Below are positions 25,848 to 40,381 of a stretch of DNA of 64,000 nt, piece after piece. Source of the stretch: Perna viridis (taxonomy: Eukaryota). Location: the NCBI GenBank assembly GCA_037379345.1, contig CM074512.1:27032001-27096000 (forward strand). Direction: 5' to 3'. How positions within the stretch are numbered: position 1 is the first letter of the stretch; the number at the start of each line of letters is the position of its first letter. The translations under genes and the position numbers were made by a program. Below the pieces are notes generated by a model. It did no database searches, had not been told where the DNA came from, and saw only the letters and a list, made by a program, of their open reading frames with translations.

Positions 25848-28800
25848 ATCAACAATTTAGCTTAATTGTCAAATTTAGCTTGATTTCCCTGAACAATATA
25901 AATTTGTTTCACATTCAGCTAATAAATTATGATTCTTTTAATCTATTTGAATTTGAAATGTTCTAGTTAATTTGGGCTTATGTTGATATTTACTGAATAT
26001 ACCCACTTTCTAAGGTTCAAGTCTGTGACTAATGAATGGCTCAATCTGTATTATCCTTGTGGTAAATCTAGACATGTACCATTGCCCACCTGTTCTCACC
26101 TGCCAGTCCTACAGGTGCATGTTCACCTGGTACAATACAGATTGATTCTACAGTATGATACAGCATATCAATCTAGTAAGAGTTAAGAAAACTCAAAGGT
26201 AACATCATATGGTATCATTAACTTGGCATACTATGAAGTTCGTAACATATATGGTAAAGCACTGATATTGTAAGTACTTCCTTACTACATGTTGATGGCA
26301 TAACTCCATCCAAGACATGTAACTTATAAACATAATGCACCGTAAGTCGAGTCAAGAGTACTCAATCATTCCTTTTATTGCAATCTAGTGTCAAAGTCTA
26401 TCCTTCTTTCCTAGTAAATAGATAAAGTTTGAGCAAAGAAACATAAAAAACACAAAATCTTCATATTTCTGACAATTTCCATTGATTATACGTCAATGAT
26501 CAATCCCAAGTGTAAAAGTTACGTAACAATAAAATAATATAAATGAGCATCCATTGCCAAGAGTAAACCAGCCTTACAGTTCCATTATATAGTACGGCAA
26601 AATTCCTACTCAGCTTGCCTTTTGCTCTAGCTGGCATAAAACCATATCATTAATGAGTGACTGCCCTTTGAAGTCAGTTGAGGAAGGAAACATAATGACC
26701 CAAAATAACAATGTATAAATTATGCAATATAATTACACATCAATTATGTTAATAATGTAATTATCACATTATAGTTCATATGTTTTTCCTATCATAAAAT
26801 ACAGATGAGAATTGGCAAGTAAAACCTATATTATCCTACACTTCCCAATAAATTACAAGGTCAATAATGTATCAAATCTTTTTTTCTTTTTGAGGAAGAT
26901 TTATATATATTATTTTTTTTTATATAAATGATGGATTACTACATCTTTGACATAATATTTCTCCCTGACAAATTCACCATTATCTGACCCTAGCGGTATT
27001 TAATAGCATAAGGGTGCTATAATTTCTATATCATAATAGGAACACCCAGCAAACATAGGGGTAATCTATTTTGTATACATCAGTTGCTATGGAAACTAAA
27101 AAGTGATGGCAGAACAAACTTACAAAGAAGTTCTACAATGCCTTGCAAATGCAACACAATCGTAAAATTGTTATCTGTTTCTTGTCAAACACTAGCTTCT
27201 TGGGAGTGAACTACTTAAGTGTAGGACTTCGGACTAAAGAGACTGTTTGTACATGAACAGCCAAATATTTGCACCATTCTCAGGTCAATGCCAACTTTGA
27301 AGTCTTGCCCAATCAACCCACCAAACCAGTTATACATCACATTAAAAAAAGCATTGTCAGATTTATTAATTTTTTACACTATGTAAGTGTTAGATCCTTG
27401 TGTATCTTGTTAGCAGCAGCACTACGCAATCAGTATGTAACATTACTCTGGATTCTGGAGTCGTATCAAAACTGTAAAAAATTTATCATGAAGTAGTTGG
27501 AATAACTTCAACAATAATTCTGTATCATAACAAAAAATATCTGTAACAAGCCAACAAGGCTGAGATGATTTGTCATGCTGTAATATAAACAAGTGCAAAT
27601 TATAATGGGATATCTGTAAAAACATAATGAAATTCTTCCAAGCGGATTAAATTCTACATCAGATGAATGAACCAGTCCTGTATGGATGTTAAACAAGCTA
27701 TAGTAAGCCATCTGGTAGGAGAGTTAGAAACTGCCATGATCTGGAGTTCTGCCCAGATCTACGTATAGGACAGAAACACTAAATTGATAGAGAATTTTTA
27801 TTTCATGGAATCTAAAACCAATTTCTATTAGCTGTTAAGGTGAGTCTGAGATTTATTCCTGTTGACTTTAATTACATTTTTGTATCTATGTTCAATGGTT
27901 AATACTGAAGTTCAGCATATTAAGTATCCTACAGAGTGGACTGTTAAGTCTACCTAATATGTTTTACTGGGCTCATGGTGTAGGCTTAATCAATATATGC
28001 TTTTATCTTCTTTTTGTGGACTAATCAAATGACCTAATCAGAGCATTTATCTTGAATCAAATTATAAGCAATACTTTACAATTCATTAATTCAATTAAAC
28101 TGGTGGCTTTATACCAAAGCAAAAATTGGAAAATGTTCTACAGCATGAGTTTTCTGAAAAATATTACTACCGTATGGTTAATTGTGAAGGAGAATATACA
28201 TATTCAAGACAAATGACCATTAGCTATGTGAGAGAGAAAACAGTTTGTGATGAAAATTTTTGAACTTCAGCTAATTAGAATTAATCATTGTCTCTTTAAG
28301 TCCATGGGAAGTACAAATATTTTGAAAGGGTGTTGTCAATGCAACATCACACTTTCTTGTAATAGGGTTGATACATTAATAGATACCCTGGTGTCTATGA
28401 TTAGTAGCTGTACATAAAGTAGTAGATTTGTAGAAATTTGTAGAAATTGTATCCAGTAAAATTATGACAATTTGAGATTTTGAGCTTGTTAACAACATCG
28501 AGCTAAAACAATTCTATCAAATCTTTCCTCTTTTCAATGAATATTCATTGTTCACCAGCCTAAAAAAGACTTAAAGGGATAGCACTCCTAGCCCTAAAAG
28601 AAAGATATCAATACAGTTTAAGTGTGCATAATTATCACAGACCGTTTTGCTAAAATAGCTTATCCCTGCCAGAACACTTCCCTTACAGACAGGAACCCAT
28701 GCCATTGTTTTGACACATATTATTTTGATCACATCCCAAAAATATTATCATAAATAACATAGTAGTTGCCATTTATAATAAAATAGTTGAATCTTACCCA

Positions 28801-31755
28801 GAATTTCTGTGTCTAGTACATAGTGTTCCAGATACAGTCTTAGTTTCACTAAGTAAATACACGTAATTAGTTGTTTACAAGTGTAAGTCAACAATAATTA
28901 AGTAATTACTTCTCAACTTGATACAAATCACCAAAAACAATCAATTGTAAATGAATTTTCCAGAATTGTCGTGACTTAAATTTGGCAACTTTTGAATAAC
29001 CTTCATAAAAAAAATACTCTACACCTACAATTCAGGGCATAAAGGTTGCTTACGGATAGGTCTGGTACATGGTAAGAGAAGGAAATCGTTCTACTGTCTT
29101 TCATGGTCAATTAACACTGTTACAACTTCAGATTTTGAATGGATATTTGCCTAATATTTCTATGACATAAACCTTACTTATCCTCCATCATAGTAAATGA
29201 AGGCAAATTTTCTTTATGATGGTATGTCATGTGGTTCATTGACTAAAGAAACTCTTTACTCATCAACTGTCATGAAATTAAATGTATCAATGTAACTAAT
29301 TGAGCCAATGCCTAATGGATAAGATACAGTAACTTTCATAACCATGGTTGTCCACAAAGTGAAGGGGTTTTGAGTAGTCAGGCAATAGCCAGAAAGAACA
29401 GTATTATTCCCACCCCACTTTTACCAAGGTTGTCCCCTGATATCATTTAGACAGTTTAAGGTTAAGGAACTTACATGTATTTAGAGTAATTTCAAAAGAA
29501 GTTCTATTTCTTTCTGATTTACTTGTCTGATTCCATTCAATTGAACATATAACACTTGCTACAGCAGCTGAACTAATATTGGTAATGTGAGAAAGTTAAT
29601 GTTCAGCTTCAAACTAAACCTACAGCCATTAAACTTGATTGTAAAAGTACAGTAAGGATAGCCTGGTGAGACCACAGTTTTGGCTGCTGTTCATTTGCTG
29701 AACCACAAATATTTCTAATTATGAAATAAAAAAAAACATTGGTTTTGAAACAAAGTACAGTTTCAAAGCAAAAACTCAGAAAATGTGTCCAGAGGACACT
29801 CATATCCGTCTGCAGAAATATTACTCAATTCAATTAGAGCCTTGATAAAAACCATCATGCGCTTTTTATATATGCTATAAACCTGCAAAATAAAAATGAA
29901 GTTGAAGGCTTAAACTTGTAACTTTGGGAAAAATTCTTTACAGGGCAGATGTTCTTTCAAACATGTGTTAGAGTCACAATATGCATAGGCACAATAAAAA
30001 GGAAGAGGGTTATAAACTAAGACTAAAACAAGTGAAGTATATCGGCTATGATTGAGCAGTATTGACTCTGTCATTGATGGTCAAAAGTTGAACAGGCCTG
30101 TAACCCATTCCCCTGATCTATACCAAAAGTATGATTTTTATAGAAAGGAAAATGAGGAACAGATGGACAAAACAAATTGCTTGTAATACTATAGTCAGTG
30201 TGGCATACAGGCATAATCAGTTTAATGTTTTTGCCCTTATAATTAAGAAGCTTGGAGCAAAAATTTGTTTTGAAGATGGTATAAATTGTATATCAAAAAC
30301 AAACATATAAGCTTGATAGTTGGCATTAGATATGGGTTTATCAGAAACTTAATAATATATATAGCATTCCAACATAGATAAAAACTTCATGGTAAATAAA
30401 AGCATACTCTGAAGTGTGCCACTACAAATTAGATGTATTACTTGTTTTCTGTTAAATTGTACCAACAGTGTGGTAATGGGTGTATCATATCTAATAGCAT
30501 CTATTTTAGAATGGTTTCAATTTAAAATGTATAACAAAGGGTGGGATTATCAGTCAAAAATTGCTATTTCTTTAAATTTTGAAACCAATTGTCAATGGCA
30601 GCTATCCAAAGCACTTTTCATTACAATTTTTCTTACAACTTTTGGCAAAACTAATATGAATATGTCAAACTTATTTCATTCCACTTTCTCTTAACTAAGT
30701 TTACTTCACTGCATAATATTTATATGCAAATTACATTCAATTCAACAATAAGACCCAAACAATACAGTCTACATTAATTTAACCCAAATGAAATAGTTTT
30801 TCTTTAAAAGTGTGTAGTGACAAATAAATTCCCAAAGTACCATTTGTAGAAACACATTGTAATGTACATGAAATGATTGAAATGTCTGGTCTTGTCTTAC
30901 CATATTTTTGACATATTTAAATCTACAAATGAATCCAATGATCAGTTTGATAAGAGTCATGGACCTCCATTTTGTTCCTCCTATGCTTTCAATAGAAATT
31001 CTAGATACTATTGACATAGACAAACACAAAAATGTACCTATAGCACAAATGTTTTTATTCCTGTATATCACCTTCTTTTTGGAATGAGAATGGTTTTAAC
31101 CACTCATACCATTTTTTTTTTGTCACTGGACCCTAAAACTAGAACTTGTATATTTGAATTAAACGCCTCATCCATTATATCAGTAGCTATCAAAATCTTA
31201 TATTAACATGGACAATAATAAAGTTCATAAACACATATAGTGACAAACTTGACAAGATATTAGTGATGTATGGGTTAATGTCCTCCACACTTCTTTGACA
31301 TGCATACCTGCCAGAGAATAGTGATAACTAGCTGCAATAGCAATAAGTTACATAACATTTCACTCTCACCACTGATTTCTGGTTACCGAAGATGATCACA
31401 ACAGATCATTACTTTGATATCATAACCTCCAACAAAAATTTCATATCTAGATTTTTTAAATTTTAATCTTTAACACTACACTATATTACTGCATTTGCAA
31501 TCAAGTGCAATACTTGTAGTGATTTTAAACTGTAAATAACAATTCCAGATGGAAATGTCTCGTGAGGCCTCAAAAACTTTTACAAACAAGTTATTTTTAT
31601 TTCTTTGACCTTGAACTTCAACAGTATAAAAAAAAACAAACTTTTTTGTGGTAAACTGTATACATGTATAATTTTTTTTACAGCATCAGTCTCAATAGAA
31701 AACACAATAAACATGAGGCAGTCTCATAACAGATTGACAATTGAGTTCGTTGTTA

Positions 31756-31996
31756 GGGACAACATTTGATTCCGAGGCAGGCTGGCTGTTTTTAGAAATA
31801 AATATTCTGGCCTATAAGTCCTTGGAAGTAAATAAATTTTCTGACCTCAGTCCACATACTTCATACAGTGAAATGGAAATAATAATCTTGCCACCATGTG
31901 GTTGAAAATAAGATTTCTGACCTCCAAGATTTTAAAAATAAATATTCTGACCCCATGAATTTTGCAAGCCCTCATCAGAACCAAAAGGTTGTCCCC
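31756..31996. mobile_element. MITE, possibly PIF/Harbinger-type
   Basis: TIRs GGGACAACATTTGATTC and GAACCAAAAGGTTGTCCCC, flanked by TTA/TAA. Four internal AAATAAATATTCTG(A/G)CC-like sub-repeats. Confidence 0.65.
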
Positions 31997-33686
31997 TAAA
32001 CTCTGATTTAATTTGTCTCATCCTTTGCAATAATTACAGTATGCATTCAACATTGAAGGCCCTGAAGTGAACTTAGAATGTTATTTCTTTGTTTAGACTA
32101 GCATTTTTTCATACATTCAGTCTAATCCTGTATGTCATGTACCAATCCATCACCATATGAACTTAATTATAAAAATCCTACATGCAAAGTATTGTTTTGA
32201 TCGTCTAAGATGGTATCTTAGAGTTTGTTGTTCTACAATTTTTGTTGCTCAAGGAAAATTTCCATGTGCCATGTTCTCATCATTCAACGGTAGATCTTAA
32301 CTCAGTAATTGTGTCTAACACAAAGAAAGTTTCGATCCTCTAAAAACAAAATTATAAACCTTTTGTCTGCCAAGAATCATAAAGATTCTTACAGGGTGTC
32401 AATCTGATGTTGTGCTTCAGATACTACTTGCCATAAGAGAGCAGAAATAATGAGACTCTCTTTATTGACAAAACTTTTACATTTACATTTTATCAAATAT
32501 TTGAAATGTCAAACACAAGTCTGTATAACAAGTAGAAACCAGAGTTGCATACTGAATACTCAATATTATCCAGAACATCTGTTCTAGTCTGATGTCTCTA
32601 TCAGATTGACACTGGTCAGTAATAGACTTTTATCTGATAAGGATTCATTCCAACAGATAGTAATTAAATTTTATCACTTCCCATGAGGCTGATACCAGTT
32701 AAAGGGTACTGATGTTATTTCAGGGATGGTAAGGATAAGCAGTGATTGTTTTTATTACTGACATGGTACATGACTTGTACATTTGCTGATATTCCTGACA
32801 CTATTTCTAGAACCAATAGGTAAAACATAGTGACGCTTCAAAATATCAACATTCCTTTTCCATTATTAGCAATTTACATTTAAGGAACATAAAGGGGTAT
32901 GGGATCTAGACATCTTACATTGGATCTGAGTAAGCTGAGGTGGAGTTGAGAAAAGAATGAAGAATTTTAAGGATCACTTGTTATTGACCTTGTGGGGGTG
33001 TTTGTGGTTTGTTAGAACTTTAAATCAAAGTTAAATAAAATTAACTTAAATTTCAGTCAGATCCACATAAAAAGCAAAAGTCAATTTCTTTATAAGAACA
33101 GGAGTATTATATTACTATAGGTAAAAATAAAACAAGTGATATGTAACACTGCTTAAAAATGTTTTTCACTGCAGAAAATAATAAATGCATCCTCATCATA
33201 GAAAGTTCAGTTCTTGATACAAGGTAGATTTTTGGTGTATTCAACTAAATATATATGAAACTTGTATAAAAAAAAATGTTGGTATTCAGAGCTTCCAAAC
33301 TGCACCTGAAGTCAAGGTTACCTGGAATAACAGTTTAAGTTTAATAATCTTTTTTATATATCAAACAGAACTAGTAAAATAATGCACTAAATTCTTATCA
33401 GATACCTTTGCTAGTCAGTTTTGATATTAATTTTACAGTCTGCAAAATATAAAAACAATTCCATCAATTTCATGGAGATAAGATACAAATCAGACCAATA
33501 TCATTCTGAATAATAGGAAAAAAAGAAAGCTGATTGAAGTGATAAATTGAAAGTTGGCAACATCATAAAAGTCAAAACAGATTTCATGCAGTGCAACAAA
33601 AATACAAAGAAGTAACCTTTATTTTCTTATGTGTCTTAATTTAAAAAAGAAATGATCTATGCTTCATAAAAAACTTGAACAGGCAT

Positions 33687-33935
33687 TCTAGCCACACCAC
33701 ATTGAGCACAGAGACAGGCCATCTAGCCACACCACAATCATAGCAAAAACTGAGCCCAGAGATATGCCATCTAGCCACACCACAATCATAGCAATAATTG
33801 AGCATGGATACAGGCCATCTAGCCACACCACAATCATAGCAATAACTGAGCCCAGAGATATGCCATCTAGCCACACCACAATCATAGCAATAATTGAGCA
33901 TGGATACAGGCCATCTGGCCACACCACAGCCATTA
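33687..33935. repeat. 48-bp minisatellite with A/B alternation (96-bp higher-order unit)
   Basis: CCATCTAGCCACACCACAATCATAGCAATAA followed alternately by TTGAGCATGGATACAGG or CTGAGCCCAGAGATATG. Confidence 0.93.
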
Positions 33936-35310
33936 CAGCAATAAATTTAAGAACAAAACTATCTTTTATAGACTTTATGATCAGAAAAAAAGACTACAAG
34001 ATTACAATTAGGAGGAACGAAGTCCTACAAATCAACCATATGATCTTTAATAGATCCACTGTCTTTAACCAATCATAACTCTCTCCCAGACTTAGTATAC
34101 CACTAGACAGATAGACAGCTATCTAATGCATCAACTTACCGGTAGTTTAAATCCAGGACTCAGACAATCCCATTCTTATGACTATTACACAAACTTACCT
34201 GACACAAAAACTAATCAGGGCACATGAGAAAAAAACAATCAATCAATGCAAAAAAAAACCCAAATTCTTCATTATGAAATTGATGAGTCCTAATTACTGT
34301 GTAAGTGTACCTAAATTGGCAGAGTTTGGCATTATCTCTACTCCACTACCAGACATCTCTGCCAGGGAAGCTATATTCTGTCAACAACTGATAGTACCAG
34401 CTCACTATCTTTTGTTGGAACACATTTAACTCTCACTTTTTTCCTACAGTAAAGTTCTCAATTTGAAGTTTATCATTATTTAATGGTCTTGTGATGAGTT
34501 TATAGAGAAAATTACCCACCTGAGTTGATGTAAAGCATTTAACATAAAATCTAGTTCTGGGAAAATCATTAACATATGAATTTTACTACATGTATTTATA
34601 CAATTATACTAAAAGTTAAAGGATTTCAATGTATTTTGGGCAATTTATGGCGTACATGGACATGCACACACTGCTTTTTCCACTCACTTCAATCAAAACA
34701 GTTTAATATTATTACAAAACTGTTACTGATTCTACAGACTGACAAACTTATTTCAACATATAAAAAAAGATGTGGCCATGAATTCATTTGATTATAAATG
34801 AAATTACAGTCCTTTAAAAATACCATATAGGCATTATCCCTGTAGACCAGTCTGCCTTGTATCATTACTATAAAGCTATTAAAGAAAACAGATGTATAAT
34901 CCTTTTTTTTTTCTAAGTGAAGGATAGGAAGAACCTCTCATCATTTCAAACATGCAATGTAATTAGTCAAAGTAAGGATGATTGATTCAACTACGTAACC
35001 ATCAATATCTCTACATATGCTACCAACTTTTTCAGTTGAAGCAACCATTTTTTTCATTTGCCAAGCATCAAACTTAATCCTGACATGTAAAAAAATATCA
35101 GCTCTTGTGTTTAAAAATAGTACTGAATTGCTACATTTTTCAAACTCAGTTACATTTCATTCTAATTTTAGATGTAAAAAAAGGGATTTTTTTCTATATA
35201 TTTAGAAAGAAATTGTATTCACTCCACAATTCAATTTGAAATTTCAGACCATAATGCTTCACACATTGTGAAAAGTTTTTTTTTATAGAATTTAAAAACA
35301 AATCATTTTA

Positions 35311-36245
35311 AAACAAAAGGCTCACAAGTGCCTGAATCACTCACCTGTACAGTATTGAAAGTATTGCCATATTCAACTCTTTATATCATTATGTATTTAT
35401 AATCAAAATAGTAGTGAATTAAATATACAATTTCAGCAACTTTGGTTTTCTGGATAAAGGAAAAAGCTGGAAGAATGGTCAAAATTACATTTTCAGATCC
35501 CACTAAACGAAAAATAAACCGATTTTTCTGAAATTTGCACCAGATCTTATTATGCAGAACAGTTTTCAATTCTTTCAAGGGCAATAACTCTAACAAGTAG
35601 TCTTCCTACAACTTTGACCCAATTGAGACTTTTGTAGTCCTTATCTGATGGATTATTTTATAAACAGAAAGTTTTTCCCTTTCTCTTTTAGTATTCAAGA
35701 TATTGGTTGAAAATTGCAAAGATCACCTATTTTTCGCCTTTCAAAGGCAATAACTATAACAAGGAATCTTCCATCAATTTTGACCTACGGTATTCTTTTG
35801 TAGCCCTTATCATAAAGATCATTTCATTAATTGAAAGTTTTTTCTACCTGTTATAATTTTCAAGATATTGGCTAAAAACTAAAAAAAATAAAAACATCAT
35901 TTTTCACCTTTCAAGGCCGATAACTTGAACAAGGAGTCGCCCGACAACTTTGACCAAATGCATACATTAGTACAGTTCTTCAAGCTGAAGAAGGGGGGTC
36001 ACATTTATTTTCCAATATCTTTTATACTTTTTGAGATATATATGTAGAATTTAGTGACTTGAACCCTGTGGTCTAAAAATAGCAATGGTGGCCACATTTG
36101 ATGCCCTCAGGATACTGGTGACCAAGCTAGGTAATAATCCAATGAATGGTTTCCGAGGAGAAGATTTTTTTAAAGAAAAGTTAATGACAGACGACTAAGA
36201 CTACAATGACAATGTGGAATGCCAAGTGACGACAAAATGGCCTTT
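35311..36245 (+). mobile_element. HINE-like (Helentron-associated) element with three ~168-bp core repeats
   Basis: Starts AACAAA plus hairpin AGGCTCAC-AA-GTGCCT and CTCACCTG. Cores TTTCAA(G/A)G..ATAACT..AACAAG at ~35573, ~35739 and ~35909. Ends with a GAC-rich tract and GCCAAGTGACGACAAAATGGCCTTT. Confidence 0.7.
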
Positions 36246-39200
36246 TTTTACTATTATTTCCTCCATCTCAAAGAATATGATGCTGATTTTTTTAAATAGG
36301 AATAAGAGATTTGAAATCAACCAGCTGCTCTTAGTAATACAAACAGTAAATACTAACTAAGGAGTTTGAATTCTAGATAAAGGTGTAACCACGGCAAAAT
36401 CAAGACTTGGATATGACTCAATAAATCCTCCATTGACCCCTACACGTCTAAATAGGAACCTGTACAGAGCTTTACAGGTGGTCATATTTTTACAAAAATA
36501 CTTTTTTCAGCTATCACTGTTTATATAGGAACTGATATCTGTAAACATAATCTTTGTCATGAAGCACCTGTATTACCTTGCTCAAAAATCAAACGCACCT
36601 TTGTTCCATGTAAGCTTTACTTTGTTCTACCATTAATCAATGTGTAAGGTCATTTTCTTTACCCTTTATAGATGATTTTAAAGCTGAATCAGTTTTAACG
36701 CTACATTCCACATTACAATGAGGCATGCTCAATAAAACAACCATCCATTCATCAATAATGCTCAATATTGTATTTGTTTGGGTTTTTAAATTAAGAGATT
36801 CGAGCAGGAAAACGAAAAATTGATCAGTTATAAGTTTAGTTGTTTACAACAATATTTGTTTCCCTAAGGATTGTACAGTAGTGAATGAGTGCATGCACAT
36901 TACAAAGGTAGGACAGTGCAGTTGTCTATAAATATTATATGATTAGATAATATAGCAATGCTACATGCCTTCAGAGCAGAGCAACATACTCCAACATACC
37001 CACCAGCATTTGAAATGTTTAATATTCAAATTTAATCTGTTTAGCATATCCAGATGTTATATAAATATTTTTAACTATTTGTATTCATTAATTGTTTTAA
37101 TTTTAGAAAGTTTCCTTAATTCTTTATACTGCATGTTTTGTTACAATGCTGTACCTGTATTGATCTATACATCTGTTGGTTAAATATACAAAAAAAAATT
37201 AATACACCCATCAACTCTACATAATGTGAATGAATTGAATCACAATACAAAATCCTAAACTAAAGGTTAAAAATGGTAAAGTCTTGTTTACATTGATGAC
37301 AAAATTACAACATATTGCTTCTTTATATTGCAGACCATGCTTAAGGTAACTTTCTTTATATTTTCCTCCAGCTATCATATACTTCAAAGTTTTTTTTATA
37401 GTTTTTTGCCTTTCCTCTCTTCCTTTTCAGCTCTAATGATTTAACCTGTGTTAACCCTAACTAAATATTTTGGTAGCATACAGTTATTATCATCTCAAGT
37501 TTTCCTTCATATCTCATCTGTTCTTAAAAGGTACAAGTCTCCCTGTCAACACCAGATAAAAAAGATCACTCTATCTTACTACCTTTTTATCTTTTTTCTT
37601 CCTTTTTTTCATCAGTGATAGGTCCTTGACATCATATGGATGAGAAAATCTTTGATGTGCTGGCAGTTTCATGGCAACTCTGAAAATTAAGAGTCTTAAG
37701 TCCTATAAAGTGGTGTTTTATGCAAAAAATACCTATCCTAGAGACGTTGGGAGTAAATTAATTTTAAAATGGCATTGCTCTTGTCTCTTAACTAACAATG
37801 ACTCATTCTAACAATGCACATGCACAATGCTGTCTGTATACAGATCTCTGATCAGTTACTAAATGGCTCCCAATATAATACAAGTCCTTGATGTTGTTTG
37901 TTCTCAAACATTATGTAAATCAAAGAAATTGAGCTGTTTATATGCATCCTGGCAACTTAAAACAGCATCCTTATAAAACACAGAGAAGTTTCAATAAATT
38001 AAAACCAACTCAAATATCACTGTCTACTGGGAGGAAATATTTTGTCCCTTAATTTGGTATGCCTGGTTGATACATTTTCCCTTGGATTGGGCAGTTTGGT
38101 TGGGACTTTTCAACGGATGTAGTATAAGACAGTTCAAGAAATTAATAAAGGGAAGGTTCCCAGGCTATCATTTGCACATTTTGTTTAAATTTTGCACCAA
38201 ATGAAAACATTTTTTCCAATCCCTACACCCTCACCCATTGGGATCAGCCACTTTTGCATTATTACAGTAAATATTTCAGCTCTCTGTGTGATAGATAATT
38301 CTGTACATAGAACTGGTCCACCTATTTACACCTGTTCTAATGGAGCAATGATCAAAGTTGATACCAGAAGAGTAGTTACTTAACAATGAGTTCAGTTAGA
38401 CCTTTTCTGAAATATGGAACTACAATTCAAGTTAGATAATTAGAATTTAATAATATTTATAAATTCTATCTGTTACAAGCAACTCTATTAACAATTGTCC
38501 AAATCAACAGCACTGAATGTAAAAACTATGGTCCAGGATTGTATGATCATTTAAAATTCATATAAGCTTCATTCACAGTCTTCAATCTTCATGTGATATG
38601 AGTTAACCTGTTATATTTATCACATAATCTAAAGGTATGGGAAAATACCACAATAGACATATAGGACGTCCTTTTTTATCAACATACAACTTTTTCAAAC
38701 TGTGACGGAATCTTGATTTGTGAGTGTAACTTTGGTCTCATTAAAATAATACCTTAAGCAACAACAAAAACATAATATTCACAATGATTCAAGTTAATGT
38801 ACTCTTACTACAACTTTATACAGAATCTTCAAAGTAAAGATCAAGTAAAAAATATAGAAAGTTATAAGTAAATGTCAGGTCAAAGGTTAATTTTCCACAG
38901 TTCGCTTTTCTTCTTCACTATTTGGAAGATGAGAAGTGATGATTTATTATCATGGATGTTTTGAAAGACAGAAAATGAATCCCTTTTACTTTTTTCATGC
39001 CCAGCTGTTTTAAACATGAAAATAGAATTTAATTCATTTGTAATTTAACAGATCCTCCCCAAGTTAACCTTTCAGAATATGTTTCATGTTACTTATTGCA
39101 ATAGAAATTATCACTACACCATGCCACAGAAATGCACTTTCATTGAGCATTTGGTTAAATTTGGCATTTTTTCAATATCGATTAGGGTATCGTCAAGTCA

Positions 39201-40316
39201 ATTTCATTCCTATAATTATATCCAATCTTATGATGCCATAGTAGAACATAGAAAATAATTCAAAACATAATTAACTGCTGTATTATGTCATTTTAGTGAT
39301 TTCAACAAAAAAATGTTGTGAACATCCTCCAAAAATACAACAAATCTTGTCTAAATCTTTTATGTGTTGTCAGGTTATACTGGATTTCCAGTATTTTGAA
39401 CCTGAGTAAACCAAACAAAATAAAAAGTCTAACAAGTTTTCATTAATTTCAAACTAAGATTTTATTTGATGGCAATATTCTGTAAAATATTTGATGCTAC
39501 CAACAGAATGTAGTCACATTACATGGTGGCAATTTCTTGTGACTACAGAAGTAGATATCCAATTCTAAAATACTGAAGATCCCTTGTTTTAAATTAAGCT
39601 TGCTTGACAAATTAACTACTAGTACGCGAATAAAGTTAAATGACAATCACTGGGCAAGGACGCATGACTTGTGTCTGCATCTTTTCTTGGTTACACTACC
39701 CCCTTAAGTGACAATTGTTATGCTTCTTAAAATGAAAGTGATAATACACCATGAAAACTCATTAAGTGATATTTTATACCGATAATACTATTACCTGAAA
39801 CCTACACAGGTATACCAACAGGTAAAAGTTTATCAACAATTGGTGAATCACTTAATTTTTATATCAATATTTAAGCTCACAAGTTTTCCCACGGTGTTAA
39901 GGCACTTCATGCAAGGTCAGGGTTGACAAATTCATAAGACATGCAATTCAATAAGACACTTAGAGATGTTTTTACAGTCAGGTAAATTAATTATATTTCA
40001 TTTACCTTTAAAACAAACGAGGAACTTTATACAATGACAAAAGTTAACTATTTCAAGTTAAAACTTTGGTGGACATTTATATATTGTTAATTGGGATTTA
40101 CATGTTGACCGATATTGCATTCCATCGGAGGTAAGCCTTAAATTTAATTACTAATATTAAAATAATATGTTAAATATTTCAAACATCTAATATGGTCATT
40201 GGCTACAGATAAATCATTAAATATTTGAAGAAATTCTTAATACAATACAAAAGAATAGGGAGATTCGTCATTTGGTGGGTGATTCTTTCATTCAATAATA
40301 AGAAATAGGTAATTGA

Positions 40317-40381
40317 AGTTATGAAGTAAACAATATAAAGTTATGAAGTAAACAATATAAAGTTATGAAGTAAACAATATA
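40317..40381. repeat. 22-bp tandem triplication
   Basis: AAGTTATGAAGTAAACAATATA three times. Confidence 0.9.

Noticed and set aside
27380-27770. Cluster of short overlapping ORFs, possibly a decayed TE coding region
   Set aside because: No diagnostic motif found in any frame.
33641-34078. Overlapping repeat ORFs on both strands
   Set aside because: Artefact of the 48-bp unit being a multiple of three.
37334-37345. 12-nt micro-exon (TTGCAG|ACCATGCTTAAG|GTAACT)
   Set aside because: Signals are only moderate, and such matches are expected by chance in 64 kb of AT-rich DNA.
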